This document shows positions 9,401 to 19,273 of a DNA stretch of 64,000 nucleotides, one piece after another. The notes beneath the pieces are model-generated. The model was not told the origin of the DNA. It saw only the letters and a list, made by a program, of their open reading frames with translations, and did no database searches. How positions within the stretch are numbered: position 1 is the first letter of the stretch; the number at the start of each line of letters is the position of its first letter. Origin of the DNA: Vulcanimicrobiota bacterium. GTDB lineage: Bacteria > Vulcanimicrobiota > Vulcanimicrobiia > Vulcanimicrobiales > Vulcanimicrobiaceae. The position numbers and the translations under genes are program-made. The stretch is from positions 768,001 through 832,000 of the forward strand of contig CAWHWQ010000001.1 of NCBI GenBank assembly GCA_963833095.1, in the 5' to 3' direction.

Positions 9401-10241
9401 GCGTCGCGCCGCCGGCTTCAACCTTGGCTTGATGGTAGAACGCGTCCGTAGCGATGCCGCCCGTGAGCGATGCATAGCCGGGATACGTTCCCGTCTTGAT
9501 AACCTGGTTGATGAAGCCCGAGGTACCCGCCGACGAGTTCGACGCAGGTCCACCGCCGGTGTACACCTGAAGCTCTTGCAAGCCCAGGTTCGACTCCGTC
9601 GAGGAGTTGTAGTTGTCGAACGCGCGGTTGACCGGGATGCCGTCGTATTCAAATCCGGTGAAGAACGACTGCGAACCACGGATATACACGTCTTGACCCC
9701 AACCCATGCCGCCGATTGGCACGTTCACGCCGGGGACCGACGCGATCGCCGAATAGGCGCTGTTGAGATTTCCGCCGCCACCGAGCGCGGCTGTCGCCGT
9801 GATCGCTGCTGCGTTGACGTTGTAGAGATCCGATCCGACACTGCCTCGAACGAGCGAGCCCGCAGCGGTCGATGTTACGTGCGCAATTGTTTTGAGCGCA
9901 GGTTGCATCGTGTACGCTTGGGTTTGCTGTTGGTCGGCAAAAACCGTGATGCCGGCCACAGAGATCGGATTGTATTGGTCTTTTTCGATCGACACCGTAT
10001 ATGTATCCGGTGCCAACGAGAGGAACACAAAGTGTCCCGTTGAGTCCGTCTGGGTGGAAGCAACCTGCGATGCCGAGCTTACCTTTACGGCAGCCCCGGC
10101 AACCGGTTTACCACTTTCGTCTCGAACCGAGCCGCTGAGTCCGCCCGTGGTTCCTGCCAGTGCCCATGTTCCCTGAAGCAAGAACGCTACGAGAAGCATC
10201 AACGCCACGGCCACCTGACGGATGGTCCGTTTGCTTGTCAT
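6417..10241 (-). CDS. TonB-dependent receptor with N-terminal carboxypeptidase-regulatory-like domain
   Basis: 1274 aa. Signal peptide, GGLSGSVRDESGKPVAGAAV domain, plug motifs (SVPGV, YIRG, YDGIPVN, SGFINQVIKTG), C-terminal beta-strand YFTVTVKL. Confidence 0.88.
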   Translation of the reverse strand: MTSKRTIRQVAVALMLLVAFLLQGTWALAGTTGGLSGSVRDESGKPVAGAAVKVSSASQVASTQTDSTGHFVFLSLAPDTYTVSIEKDQYNPISVAGITVFADQQQTQAYTMQPALKTIAHVTSTAAGSLVRGSVGSDLYNVNAAAITATAALGGGGNLNSAYSAIASVPGVNVPIGGMGWGQDVYIRGSQSFFTGFEYDGIPVNRAFDNYNSSTESNLGLQELQVYTGGGPASNSSAGTSGFINQVIKTGTYPGYASLTGGIATDAFYHQAKVEAGGATPDRNFSYYVGISGYNQANRVIDNNNGSSYMGPGGVFESYSILPDFFSPDLSFNTLVEGPQVACQNAANGVPTVNPVASTTAYPAPTGCLIPYFGLIGAASMISDRENVVNFHFGIPRKNGLRDDIQLLYSSSSLKTFLYSSANDLGSQPLNDGSGLTYGQELQSVLTTGAAGPGASFVDAQVYNGAFGTPISGLTLENYYQPSSPTNRAPFATIPADQPDNYWNDTGIVKAQYTHELSDHSYIRAFAYTFFSDWTQAGAIDAAGYDADYSTGISPNYDLITHTAGGELQFADQFNAQNLVQLTGNFTSANVTRFNNTGYLGEASPIGAISQAGGQWTCWNENAASPGYDTAVPCYSSSYKSNSVAGPTGPVGPAGTAAGANWDTLWQGNASGTFNTVQPKFTFVSLTDDFRPNDKWLISGGLRYEDYLYDLADSNTTANQFYAQIVNKYTCWNPSYGVAGEPLPPGVPPPAPLQYINGNCNAGLTAAGVVIPAGVTYVHPNGDQTQTSSFTVPNFTAASPSSYPQSFYSLRASATYTESPDTVWRISAGRYTEPPISASVQYLYSSGAGNTLWGNFENLGFFSPFHAIPAQSSAQYDLSLERHIRGSDLSFKLTPFYSFTNGYQADAFIGQGFVTQVPVGVTRNYGVELGVQKGDFSRNGLSGQVSLAYDNNKMQYRSEFGGDLPNQINGINNAISQFNLLTKAGGGSPCYTPAAPGAPGTASSCAAPTAILNPYYNASPQGTLDPNGWYPATSYLLQTGVNTDPGYYDSPWVGSIVLNYRKNKLAITPSVQFTEGTSYGTPYDVIGYDPRECANNSANATVPIVTAGTNPQQCDYTSLQGTSASPIGYLYIPNPQTGSFATLGAFREPSVVTGNIQISYDLSPRISAQLTLANVFHSCFGGTKQAWASAYPAGQAVCGYEPNGEYISNFQNGAGQLTAGNPSTYDAVANGGVQPYNFLFQSYRPLTGSPAADGAAGAQLPLPFNAYFTVTVKL

Positions 10242-10405
10242 TGATAGCCCTCAATTGTTGGTGAGTGACATTCCATTTCCGCACCATGCGGATTCGTCAG
10301 TAGACGACCGATTCAAGCGCCGCAATTGCGGCATCTCAAACGAGTCTCAGGCTGACGTGAGGGTCGTTTTTCACCCGACCAACGTCGCATCCTTTAAGGC
10401 AGCTT

Positions 10406-10440
10406 AAAAAATAGGGGGCCGCTGTGAACAGCGGACCCCT
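10406..10440 (-). terminator. intrinsic terminator after sucD
   Basis: Minus-strand hairpin AGGGGTCCGCTG-TTCA-CAGCGGCCCCCT followed by ATTTTTT. Confidence 0.75.
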
Positions 10441-10467
10441 CCAATTCTTAAGGTTTTTTCCCGGCTT

Positions 10468-11346
10468 TTAGACGACGGCGGCCATCCGTTCAGCGAGCAT
10501 CGCCGGGATCTGGGACGGGCGATCGGCAACCGGTACTCCGGCGGCCTGGAAGGCCGCGATTTTGCTCTGCGGCGTGCCGAAAGCGCCGGAGATAATCGCG
10601 CCGGCGTGACCCAGCGATTTTCCCGGCGGCGCGTTGCGCCCGCCGACGAAGGCAACGATCGGCATGCCCGCCAGATGCTCCTTGACGAAGGCGGCAGCGT
10701 CTTCCTCATCTGAGCCGCCGATCTCGCCGCAGATGACGATAGCTTGCGTCTGGGGGTCGTTCTTGAACTCTCGCAAACAGTCCACGAAGGTCGTGCCGAT
10801 GATGGGGTCGCCCCCGATGCCGACACAGGTCGACTGCCCAAGACCCGCGCGGGTCAATCCGTCGACCACCTCGTAGGTCAGGGTGCCCGAACGCGAGATC
10901 AAGCCCACGTTGCCTTCCTTGAAAATGTGACCGGGCATGATGCCGACCGACGACTTGCCGGGTGAAATGAGCCCAGGACAGTTGGGACCGATGATCCGCA
11001 TGCCCGGCGTCGTTCCGACCACACGCAGCATGTCGTGGACCGGCACGCCTTCGGTGATGCAGACCGAAAAGCGCACGCCTGCCTCGTAAGCCTCGAAGAG
11101 CGCGTCGGCCGCCCCGGACGGCGGAACGAAAATGCATTGATGGGTCGCGCCGGTTGCCTCGACACACTCTTGCACCGTGTTGAAAACCGGGAGACCGTGC
11201 TCGGTTTTTTGCCCGCCCTTGCCCGGCGTGACGCCGCCGACGATGTTCGTGCCGTAGGCAAGCATACGTCCGGTATGATACGAGCCTTCGGCACCCGTAA
11301 TGCCTTGCACGAAGACCTTGCTGTTCTTGTCTAAGTAAATTGACAT
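10468..11346 (-). CDS. sucD: succinyl-CoA synthetase alpha subunit
   Basis: Motifs [36 protein letters not shown] and GHAGA (phospho-His). Confidence 0.96.
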   Translation of the reverse strand: MSIYLDKNSKVFVQGITGAEGSYHTGRMLAYGTNIVGGVTPGKGGQKTEHGLPVFNTVQECVEATGATHQCIFVPPSGAADALFEAYEAGVRFSVCITEGVPVHDMLRVVGTTPGMRIIGPNCPGLISPGKSSVGIMPGHIFKEGNVGLISRSGTLTYEVVDGLTRAGLGQSTCVGIGGDPIIGTTFVDCLREFKNDPQTQAIVICGEIGGSDEEDAAAFVKEHLAGMPIVAFVGGRNAPPGKSLGHAGAIISGAFGTPQSKIAAFQAAGVPVADRPSQIPAMLAERMAAVV

Positions 11347-11353
11347 TTCATAT

Positions 11354-11419
11354 GATCCTTCGCCCTTCGACTACGCTTCGCTACGCTCAGGGTGACAGTT
11401 TGCTACGCTCAGGATGACA
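11354..11419 (-). repeat. nested pair of REP-like repeats between sucC and sucD
   Basis: On the minus strand, the outer copy TGTCATCCTGAGCGTAGC...GAAGGATC encloses a full inner copy TGTCACCCTGAGCGTAGCGAAGCGTAGTCGAAGGG (11363-11397). Confidence 0.75.
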
Positions 11420-12581
11420 CGGCAGCAAGTTCAACCGCTCGCTGCGCGCCTTCGTCCATGGTTTCAACCGGCGTCATGCCGGCTTCTTTGAGAATGCGCC
11501 GCCCCTCGGCTTCGTTGGTTCCGGTAAGACGAATAACCAGCGGAATCTTGCGCGCTTTGGTCGTGTTTAACGCTTCGACGATACCCTTGGCGACTTCGTC
11601 GCCGCGGGTGATCCCGCCGAAGATGTTGATGAAAAAAACCTTCGCGCCGGTGTGATTGACTACCAGCTCGTAGCAGTTACGCACGCGCTGCGCATTCGCA
11701 CCGCCGCCGACGTCGAGAAAGTTGGCGATCTCGCCGCCCGCGTTCTTGACCGCGTCCATCGTCGCCATCGCAAGGCCGGCGCCGTTTGCCATCGTTCCTA
11801 CCGTGCCGGGGAACGTGCGGAAGTTGCGGATGCCCAGACCCGCTTGCGCAGCCAGTGATTCGTCAGCATCGAGCGGCAGCGTTTTCTGCCACTCTTTGAA
11901 CTCGGGATGACGGAAGAGCGCGTCATCGTCAAGCTCGACCTTCGCATCCGCCGCGATCACGCGGCCGTCTTTGGTAAGAATGAGCGGATTGATCTCGACG
12001 AGCGGTGCGCCGTAGGCGAAAAACAAGTTGTACATGCCGGCGACGATCGCCGGAAATCCCTTGCGATATCCGGCATCCAAATCAGCCTTGAACGCAAGTT
12101 CGCGCCCGATGAACGGCGAGTACCCGATCGCGGTGTCGACGTAGAACGTGTGAAACGACTCGGGATGTTTCTCGTGCACTTCTTCGACGTCCATGCCGCC
12201 GAAGCGCGTGACGATGATCGCCGGCTTCTTGGTCGTGCGATCGACCGAGATCGCACAATACGATTCCAAAGCGACATCGAGCGTTTCCTCGACCAGCACC
12301 GAGTTCACCGGTTCGCCGTTGGGGTTCTGGCGATTCGGCGGCATCGGCGTCGCCATGATCTCGGCTGCGGCTTTGCGCCCCTCTTCCGGCGTCGTCGCAA
12401 ATTTGATCTTGCCGGCTTTACCGCGCCCGCCCATGAGGACTTGCGCTTTGATAACCCATTTGCCGGGATTCTTTTCGATGAACGCGGCGACTTCGTCGGG
12501 CGTGTTGCAGTGCTGCGAGCGCGGAACCGGTATCCCGCTTCGGCGGAATAGCTCCTTGCCCTGATACTCCATGAGATTCAT
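11409..12581 (-). CDS. sucC: succinyl-CoA synthetase beta subunit
   Basis: Motifs MNLMEYQGKELF, KAQVLMGGRGKAG, EINPL, NGAGLAMATMD, NFLDVGGGA, NIFGGI. Confidence 0.95.
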   Translation of the reverse strand: MNLMEYQGKELFRRSGIPVPRSQHCNTPDEVAAFIEKNPGKWVIKAQVLMGGRGKAGKIKFATTPEEGRKAAAEIMATPMPPNRQNPNGEPVNSVLVEETLDVALESYCAISVDRTTKKPAIIVTRFGGMDVEEVHEKHPESFHTFYVDTAIGYSPFIGRELAFKADLDAGYRKGFPAIVAGMYNLFFAYGAPLVEINPLILTKDGRVIAADAKVELDDDALFRHPEFKEWQKTLPLDADESLAAQAGLGIRNFRTFPGTVGTMANGAGLAMATMDAVKNAGGEIANFLDVGGGANAQRVRNCYELVVNHTGAKVFFINIFGGITRGDEVAKGIVEALNTTKARKIPLVIRLTGTNEAEGRRILKEAGMTPVETMDEGAQRAVELAAVSS

Positions 12582-12600
12582 GGCGTGTTTGTCTTCTCTC

Positions 12601-13764
12601 CTAGTCTAATTTGCCGAGTAGGGATCGTGCGATGATGATCTGCTGGATTTCCGAGGTACCTTCGTAGATCTCGGTGATCTTGGCGTCGCGGTAGAACCGC
12701 TCGACCGGGAATTCCGTGGTGTACCCGTAGCCGCCGTGGATTTGAATCGCCTCGGCCGCGTGCTTGCGCGCTGCGGTCGACGCAAAGAGCTTTGCTTTGC
12801 TCGCCTCGATCACGTAGGGCCGCCCCGCGTCGGCCAGCGCCGCCGCACGATAGACCAGCAGGCGTGCCGCGTCGAGGTCCATCGCCATCTGCGCGATCTT
12901 GAACGAAATGCCCTCGAAGGCCCCGATAGCGCGACCGAATGCCACGCGATCCTTGGCAAACGCCACCGAATGATCCAGGCAGGCCGCAACGATGCCGGTC
13001 GCCTGCGCGGCGATGCCGATGCGGCCGCCGGCCAAGGCGTTCATCGCCGATCCGAACCCATCGCCCTCTCGACCCAGCAGCGTGTTTTCCGGCACGCGCA
13101 CGTCGTCGAAAGCAAGATCGCACGTATTGCTGGTATGGATCCCGAGCTTTTCGGTAATTTTCTCGACCGAAATCCCCGGCGTGTCGTTGTCGACCAGAAA
13201 GGCGCTGATGCCGCGCGAGCCACCGCCGCCCGTGCGAAACATCGCAAGCGTAACGCCCGCAACGCTGCCGTTGGTGCACCATTGCTTGCGGCCGTTGAGC
13301 ACGTAGGCGCCGCCGTCTCGCTTGGCGCTTGCGCGAATGGATGCCGCATCCGAGCCGAAGTCCGGCTCGGTGAGCGCGAACGCGGCGATCACGTCGCCCG
13401 CGGCGAGCTTGGGAAGCCACTGTAATTTTTGCTCTTCGGTGCCCAAGCGTGAAACCGCCGAAGCGATCATCGAATGTACCGAGAGCGTGACCGCGCTGCC
13501 GGCGTCGACGCGCGCAATCTCTTCGACCGCCAGCGCGTAGGCGACATAACCGGCGCCGACGCCGCCATAGGCTTCGGGCACAACAATGCCCATGATACCC
13601 GCGTCGTTGAGTTTGGTGAAGAGCGCGCGCGGAAAAACGTGCTCGCGATCCCACAGCGCGATGTTCGGCGCGATCTCACGCTGCGCAATCTCCGCAGCAA
13701 GCGCGGCGATTTGCCGCTGTTCGCCGGTAAGATCGAACTGCGCCCGCGCACTCGAATCAATCAT
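12601..13764 (-). CDS. acyl-CoA dehydrogenase (short-chain/butyryl-CoA-like)
   Basis: Motifs FALTEPDFGSDA, LNGRKQWCTNG, GRIGIAAQA, QIHGGYGY, IYEGTSEIQ. Confidence 0.93.
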   Translation of the reverse strand: MIDSSARAQFDLTGEQRQIAALAAEIAQREIAPNIALWDREHVFPRALFTKLNDAGIMGIVVPEAYGGVGAGYVAYALAVEEIARVDAGSAVTLSVHSMIASAVSRLGTEEQKLQWLPKLAAGDVIAAFALTEPDFGSDAASIRASAKRDGGAYVLNGRKQWCTNGSVAGVTLAMFRTGGGGSRGISAFLVDNDTPGISVEKITEKLGIHTSNTCDLAFDDVRVPENTLLGREGDGFGSAMNALAGGRIGIAAQATGIVAACLDHSVAFAKDRVAFGRAIGAFEGISFKIAQMAMDLDAARLLVYRAAALADAGRPYVIEASKAKLFASTAARKHAAEAIQIHGGYGYTTEFPVERFYRDAKITEIYEGTSEIQQIIIARSLLGKLD

Positions 13765-13776
13765 GAAACGGCGATA

Positions 13777-15108
13777 CTAGCCGACTTTTACCAGCAGCGC
13801 ATCACCTTGTCCGCCGCCCGAGCACAACGATGCGATCCCGTAACCGCCGCCGCGCTTGCGCAGCTGATTGATGGCGGTGCCCACCAGTCGCGCGCCCGAT
13901 GCGCCGATCGGATGGCCCATCGCGACCGCTCCGCCGAACAGATTGATCTTCGCTTCTCCGATACCGAGATTGCGAGCCGACGTGATGGCCACGTTGGCAA
14001 ACGCTTCGTTGATTTCCCACACAGCGATGTCTTCGGCGCGCAGGCCGTGCGCATCCAGCAGTTTTTGCGCCGCCATCGCCGGCGTGTAACACAGGTAGGG
14101 CGAATCCCATCCGACGGTTGCATGACCGAGTACCGTCGCGATTGCGTCGTAACCGCGCTCGCGCGCGTAGGCTGCGTCGGCAAGAACCAGCGCGGCCGCA
14201 CCGTCGTTGACGCCCGGCGCGTTCGCAGCGGTCACCGTTCCGTCTTTCTCCAGCGGTTTGAGTTTGGCCATCGCCTCATAGCTCGCGTCGGCGCGCACGG
14301 CTTCGTCGCGATCGACCAGAGTAAACGGCGCGTCGCCGGTTACAAAGGGCGCCCACGACGCATAGTCCAGGGTAAAACGCTGCGACGGCGTGTGATTCCA
14401 CATCGCGCCCGGAGCGCCGACCGTCGCGGGAACGCGCACGTCGCCGCGCTGCGGCAGCGCATCGACCACGACTTTGCCTTTGGCTTTGGTCGCGACGCGC
14501 ACCGGCACGATCTCATCGTCAAACGCGCCGGACTCGTGCGAGGCGTGAGCGCGGCGATGGCTTTCGTACGCAAAACGATCTTGATCTTCGCGCGAGAGGC
14601 CAAGCTCACCGGCGACGATACTGCCTTGCGCGGCCATCGTCATCGGAAAATACTGATCCCACAGCCCATCGTAAATCATCTCGTCGATCAGCTTGCCGTC
14701 ACCGAAGCGATAGCCGCTGCGCGCGTCCTTGAGCAGATAGGGCGCATTGGACATCGATTCCATACCGCCGGCGGCGATCACGCGATTCGCCCCCGTGTTG
14801 ATCAGACGCATCGCAGTAGCAACCGCAAGCAAGCCCGAGGCACAAACCTTGTTCAACGTTTCAGCCGTGACCGTTTTTGCCAACCCCGATTTGAAGACGA
14901 CCTGACGCGCCGGATTCTGTCCGACACCGGCTTGCAGCACCTCGCCGTACACGACGTGCTCGATCTCCGTCGGATCCATGCCGGCGCGCTGCAGCGCCCC
15001 GATCAGCGCCGTGGCGCCAAGGGTGGTTGCGTCGAGGGAAGCGAGTGCGCCGCCCAACTTGCCGAACGGCGTGCGTGCGAGGGAGAGGACAACGGTTTGC
15101 GATTCCAT
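13777..15108 (-). CDS. acetyl-CoA C-acyltransferase (thiolase) with a ~50-aa insertion
   Basis: Motifs ARTPFGK, NKVCASG, GGMESMS, EINEAF, GHPIGASG, LCSGGG. Start at 15108 or 15117. Confidence 0.93.
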   Translation of the reverse strand: MESQTVVLSLARTPFGKLGGALASLDATTLGATALIGALQRAGMDPTEIEHVVYGEVLQAGVGQNPARQVVFKSGLAKTVTAETLNKVCASGLLAVATAMRLINTGANRVIAAGGMESMSNAPYLLKDARSGYRFGDGKLIDEMIYDGLWDQYFPMTMAAQGSIVAGELGLSREDQDRFAYESHRRAHASHESGAFDDEIVPVRVATKAKGKVVVDALPQRGDVRVPATVGAPGAMWNHTPSQRFTLDYASWAPFVTGDAPFTLVDRDEAVRADASYEAMAKLKPLEKDGTVTAANAPGVNDGAAALVLADAAYARERGYDAIATVLGHATVGWDSPYLCYTPAMAAQKLLDAHGLRAEDIAVWEINEAFANVAITSARNLGIGEAKINLFGGAVAMGHPIGASGARLVGTAINQLRKRGGGYGIASLCSGGGQGDALLVKVG

Positions 15109-15170
15109 GTGGGCCATAACGTCCGTGAAGTTCGGGAAGGCTTGCGGCTTTACTTTCCGTCTTTTGTCGC

Positions 15171-16052
15171 TTAGGGCGCGTCGGAGCGGCAGATAATGAT
15201 GCCGCCGGGGTCGCAATGTTCGCTCTCGAGCTGGACGGTAACGTGGCCGATCCCATAGCGCTCGCGCACGACCGACCGAAGCCGCTCCAGAATGCGTGCC
15301 CCGTCGCTCAGCCGGCCGTCTTCGAGCAGCAAATGCGCCGACAACGCGCGCGAGCCGCTGCCGATCGTCCAGACGTGCAGATCGTGAACGCCGACGATGC
15401 CGCCGATGGTGCGAATCTGCAGCTCGACGTCGGCTGAATCGACACCGGGCGGCACGGCCTCGAGCAGCACGTCGCTCGCGTCGCGCAGGACGCCGGCGAC
15501 ACCGACCACGATGATCGCCGCGACGAAGAGCGAGAGCACGGGATCGATCCATGCCGCTCCGGTCATCGCAATGACAACGCCGCCAATGATGACCGCAAGC
15601 GCACCGAGCACGTCGCCCGCCACATGCGCGAGCGCGGCGCGCACATTGTGATTGTGATGATGCTCGAGCAGCGTCAGACCGATGCTGACATTGACAACCA
15701 GTCCGATAGCCGCGATCACCGTCATCATCAATCCATGCGGCTCCACCGGCGCGCGCAAACGCAGTACGGCTTGATACGCCAAGATCGCCGTCGCGCCAAG
15801 GAGGATTGCGCCGTTAAAGAGCGCGCCCAAGACCTCGACCCTGCCGTAGCCAAAAGTCTTGCGGCGATTCGCGCGCCGCGTTGCGCCAACAGCGGCCAGG
15901 AGCGCAACGGCGAACGCGAAGACATCGATGCACACGTGCACCGCGTCGGTCGTCAGCGCGAGACTATGCGACGCCGCGCCGCCCCAAAATTCCAACGCCG
16001 CGACGGCGGCGGAAAGGATCAGAGCAAGGGAGAGGCGGCGGCGCGAGGACAT
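15171..16052 (-). CDS. cation diffusion facilitator (CzcD/ZitB-like Zn/Co/Cd exporter)
   Basis: Motifs SLALTTDAVHVCID, TFGYGRVE, a His-rich loop, HVAGD, HDLHVW, HVTVQLE. Confidence 0.9.
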   Translation of the reverse strand: MSSRRRLSLALILSAAVAALEFWGGAASHSLALTTDAVHVCIDVFAFAVALLAAVGATRRANRRKTFGYGRVEVLGALFNGAILLGATAILAYQAVLRLRAPVEPHGLMMTVIAAIGLVVNVSIGLTLLEHHHNHNVRAALAHVAGDVLGALAVIIGGVVIAMTGAAWIDPVLSLFVAAIIVVGVAGVLRDASDVLLEAVPPGVDSADVELQIRTIGGIVGVHDLHVWTIGSGSRALSAHLLLEDGRLSDGARILERLRSVVRERYGIGHVTVQLESEHCDPGGIIICRSDAP

Positions 16053-16062
16053 GGCACGCGCG

Positions 16063-16662
16063 CTACGTTCGCAACGTTTTGAGAACGAGCAGTCCCAGCA
16101 TGACGCCAAACGAAACAAACGTGCGGCTCTCGGCTTCGCGAATAACGCTTGGGTTCCACGTACCTTGCCCGTCTGGCGCCGGTTGCGCGAGTGGAATCAC
16201 CGGCGGAACACGTTCGCAATAGCGCTCGAATGCCTCGCCGAACTCCGAGCGCAAAAATTTCTCTTCGTGAGGAACGATGGTCGCGTATACGGCGAGCATC
16301 GTAGCAAGCGAACCGCCCACCAGCGCGAGCTTGGCCGCTACGCCGTTCTTCCCGGTGAACGCGACAGCAAAGCCGAGCGCCGTGATAAAGTTTCCGACGT
16401 AGAGCGGATTGCGCACGTAGGCATACGGGCCGGCGGTTACGAGCTGCGGGGCTTCGACCGCGTCGCCGCGTGTCGTTACGCCCGAATAACCGACCGCCCA
16501 ACAACGCACGAGTTCACCCGCGATCGCAAGGGGAAGTCCAAGTGCGACCCCGGTTGCGCTGGGCCGCCCAAAGACCGCGAGCAGTGCCGCGGGAATCGTG
16601 AGCAGCAAGCCGCGATTCTTGAAGACGAGCGCTTGCAGATCGTCGTTGTTGCTATCATCCAT
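16063..16662 (-). CDS. isoprenylcysteine carboxylmethyltransferase-family membrane methyltransferase
   Basis: Motifs LVTAGPYAYVRNPLYVG and EEKFLRSEFGEAFERYCERVP. Confidence 0.8.
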   Translation of the reverse strand: MDDSNNDDLQALVFKNRGLLLTIPAALLAVFGRPSATGVALGLPLAIAGELVRCWAVGYSGVTTRGDAVEAPQLVTAGPYAYVRNPLYVGNFITALGFAVAFTGKNGVAAKLALVGGSLATMLAVYATIVPHEEKFLRSEFGEAFERYCERVPPVIPLAQPAPDGQGTWNPSVIREAESRTFVSFGVMLGLLVLKTLRT

Positions 16663-16668
16663 GGATTT

Positions 16669-17592
16669 TTAGCTCTTGGCGGCGGCGCGGTAGATATCCC
16701 GTATCGAGGCCGTAAAGGCGATCTGCGGTTCCCATCCGGTGGCCTCGCGCAGCTTCGTCGCGTCGCCAAGCGAAAGCGGAACGTCGGAGGGGCGCATCCG
16801 CTGCGGATCGTCGCGGACTTCGACGGGGACGTGCGCTGCGATGATCAGTTCGCGCAAGACATCGCGCATCGCGCGTGCCGTACCGCTGCACACGTTGTAG
16901 GTTTCGCCCACTTTTCCGTCGCGCGCGAGGGCGATATAGGCGCGAACAACGTCGCGAACGTCGAGAAAATCGCGTTTTGCATCGAGGTTGCCGACGTAGA
17001 GTTGCGGCGGGGCACCCGCCGCAATCTTGGCCAGCTGCGATGCAAATCCGGCGACCGCGAACCGGTCGCTCTGTCCCGGGCCGATGTGGTTAAACGCGCG
17101 CGCGATCACGACGTCGAGCCCCAAACTGTGCGCTTCGCCCAACAGCAGCATTTCGGCGGCCGCTTTGCTCGCCGCATACGGATTAGCGGGAGAGAGCGCG
17201 CAAGTCTCGCGCAGCGGATAATTCTCGGCCGGCTGAATGCCGTAGACCTCCGCCGAGCTCGTAAAGAGTATCCGCACGCGCGCGTCGGCGCCGCGCGCGT
17301 ACTCGCGCACGGCCTGCGCCACGTTCGCGGTGCCGTGCACGTTGGTTTCATAGGTTACCGTCGGCGCAGCGATCGACTCGGGCACGAACGTCGCTGCCGC
17401 CAGATGAAAGATGACCTCGGGCGCGGCCAGATCGAGCGCCGCGCGCAATGAGGAACGGTCGAGCAGGTCGATGGGGAGTGCGTCGGCGTCATGCGGACCG
17501 CCGCAGGCCAACACCTCGTCACCGCGGGCGCGCAGCGCCTCGACCAAATAACGGCCGACAAAACCGGTCGCACCGGTCACGAGCGCGCGCAT
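16669..17592 (-). CDS. rmd: GDP-4-keto-6-deoxy-D-mannose reductase (GDP-D-rhamnose forming, Rmd-like SDR)
   Basis: Motifs TGATGFVG, SSAEVYG, YAASK, FNHIGPGQ, VGNLDAKRDFLDVRDVVRAY. Directly follows gmd. Confidence 0.75.
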   Translation of the reverse strand: MRALVTGATGFVGRYLVEALRARGDEVLACGGPHDADALPIDLLDRSSLRAALDLAAPEVIFHLAAATFVPESIAAPTVTYETNVHGTANVAQAVREYARGADARVRILFTSSAEVYGIQPAENYPLRETCALSPANPYAASKAAAEMLLLGEAHSLGLDVVIARAFNHIGPGQSDRFAVAGFASQLAKIAAGAPPQLYVGNLDAKRDFLDVRDVVRAYIALARDGKVGETYNVCSGTARAMRDVLRELIIAAHVPVEVRDDPQRMRPSDVPLSLGDATKLREATGWEPQIAFTASIRDIYRAAAKS

Positions 17593-17597
17593 CGCCG

Positions 17598-18581
<984 letters not shown>

Positions 18582-19256
18582 CTAATTGAGGACTTGTATT
18601 GTTGTTCCTTGGTCGTCGAACACAAAGCGTGTCTCGTAGATCTCGGCGCCCTCGGGCCCGACGACTTTTGATTGGATCGTCAGTCGATGCACCAGCGCGT
18701 TATTGTGCCGCACGACACCGGAATAGAAATATTGCACGAGCGGCGTGACGTTCTCTTGTAGCGGCGCGAGGCGGCGACGTTCAACCAGCATGGTGAGCAA
18801 ACGCTCCTGCAGCGCGACCGGCAACAGCCGATTGGCGTCGTCGGGCGTCATGCGAACGGTTACCAGTTCTTCTTGCGCCTTGTTGGCTTCGGCGACCGGC
18901 TTATCGGTGGTGTAGCGAATGATCGCGTCCCAATCGTCGGCGGAGATGCCGGTGAAGCGCATACCATAACGCCAAACGGACTTGCCTTGATGCGAGACGG
19001 TGTCTTGCCATACGGCTTTGGCGCGCATACGAATCACGCGCGTCTCAATCGTCGCGCGGATCTCGAATTCATCACGGCCGACCGGTTCTTGCGTGAGGAC
19101 ACATAAACCGCCGCCGCTTATATCTAAACCGATCGCGGGCTTTTGCGTGAGCCCCGCGTCTACGGAGACCGTCGCCCGATACGGTTTCCGCTTTCGGGGA
19201 TATTTGCGGCGGTTGGCATCCTTACCGGTAAACCAGCCCAGAAGGTCGCTGAACAC
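18582..19256 (-). CDS. PilZ domain protein with an unrecognised C-terminal domain
   Basis: RKYPR and DISGGG motifs, followed by about 100 extra residues. Confidence 0.8.
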   Translation of the reverse strand: MFSDLLGWFTGKDANRRKYPRKRKPYRATVSVDAGLTQKPAIGLDISGGGLCVLTQEPVGRDEFEIRATIETRVIRMRAKAVWQDTVSHQGKSVWRYGMRFTGISADDWDAIIRYTTDKPVAEANKAQEELVTVRMTPDDANRLLPVALQERLLTMLVERRRLAPLQENVTPLVQYFYSGVVRHNNALVHRLTIQSKVVGPEGAEIYETRFVFDDQGTTIQVLN

Positions 19257-19273
19257 TGCCCCGGCCGTATTGG

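Noticed and set aside
10242..10403. Cobalamin riboswitch upstream of the TonB receptor (tempting because kamDE needs B12)
   Set aside because: I could not find B12-box or GGGAA...GCCACTG-type core motifs. Kept only as an unclassified structured leader.
13474..15174. 566-aa plus-strand ORF antisense to the thiolase
   Set aside because: Shadow ORF of a GC-rich gene. It is Arg-rich with no motifs, while the opposite strand is a clear thiolase.
15859..17451. 530-aa plus-strand ORF antisense to rmd and the ICMT gene
   Set aside because: Same high-GC antisense artefact, with no recognisable domain, signal or SD.
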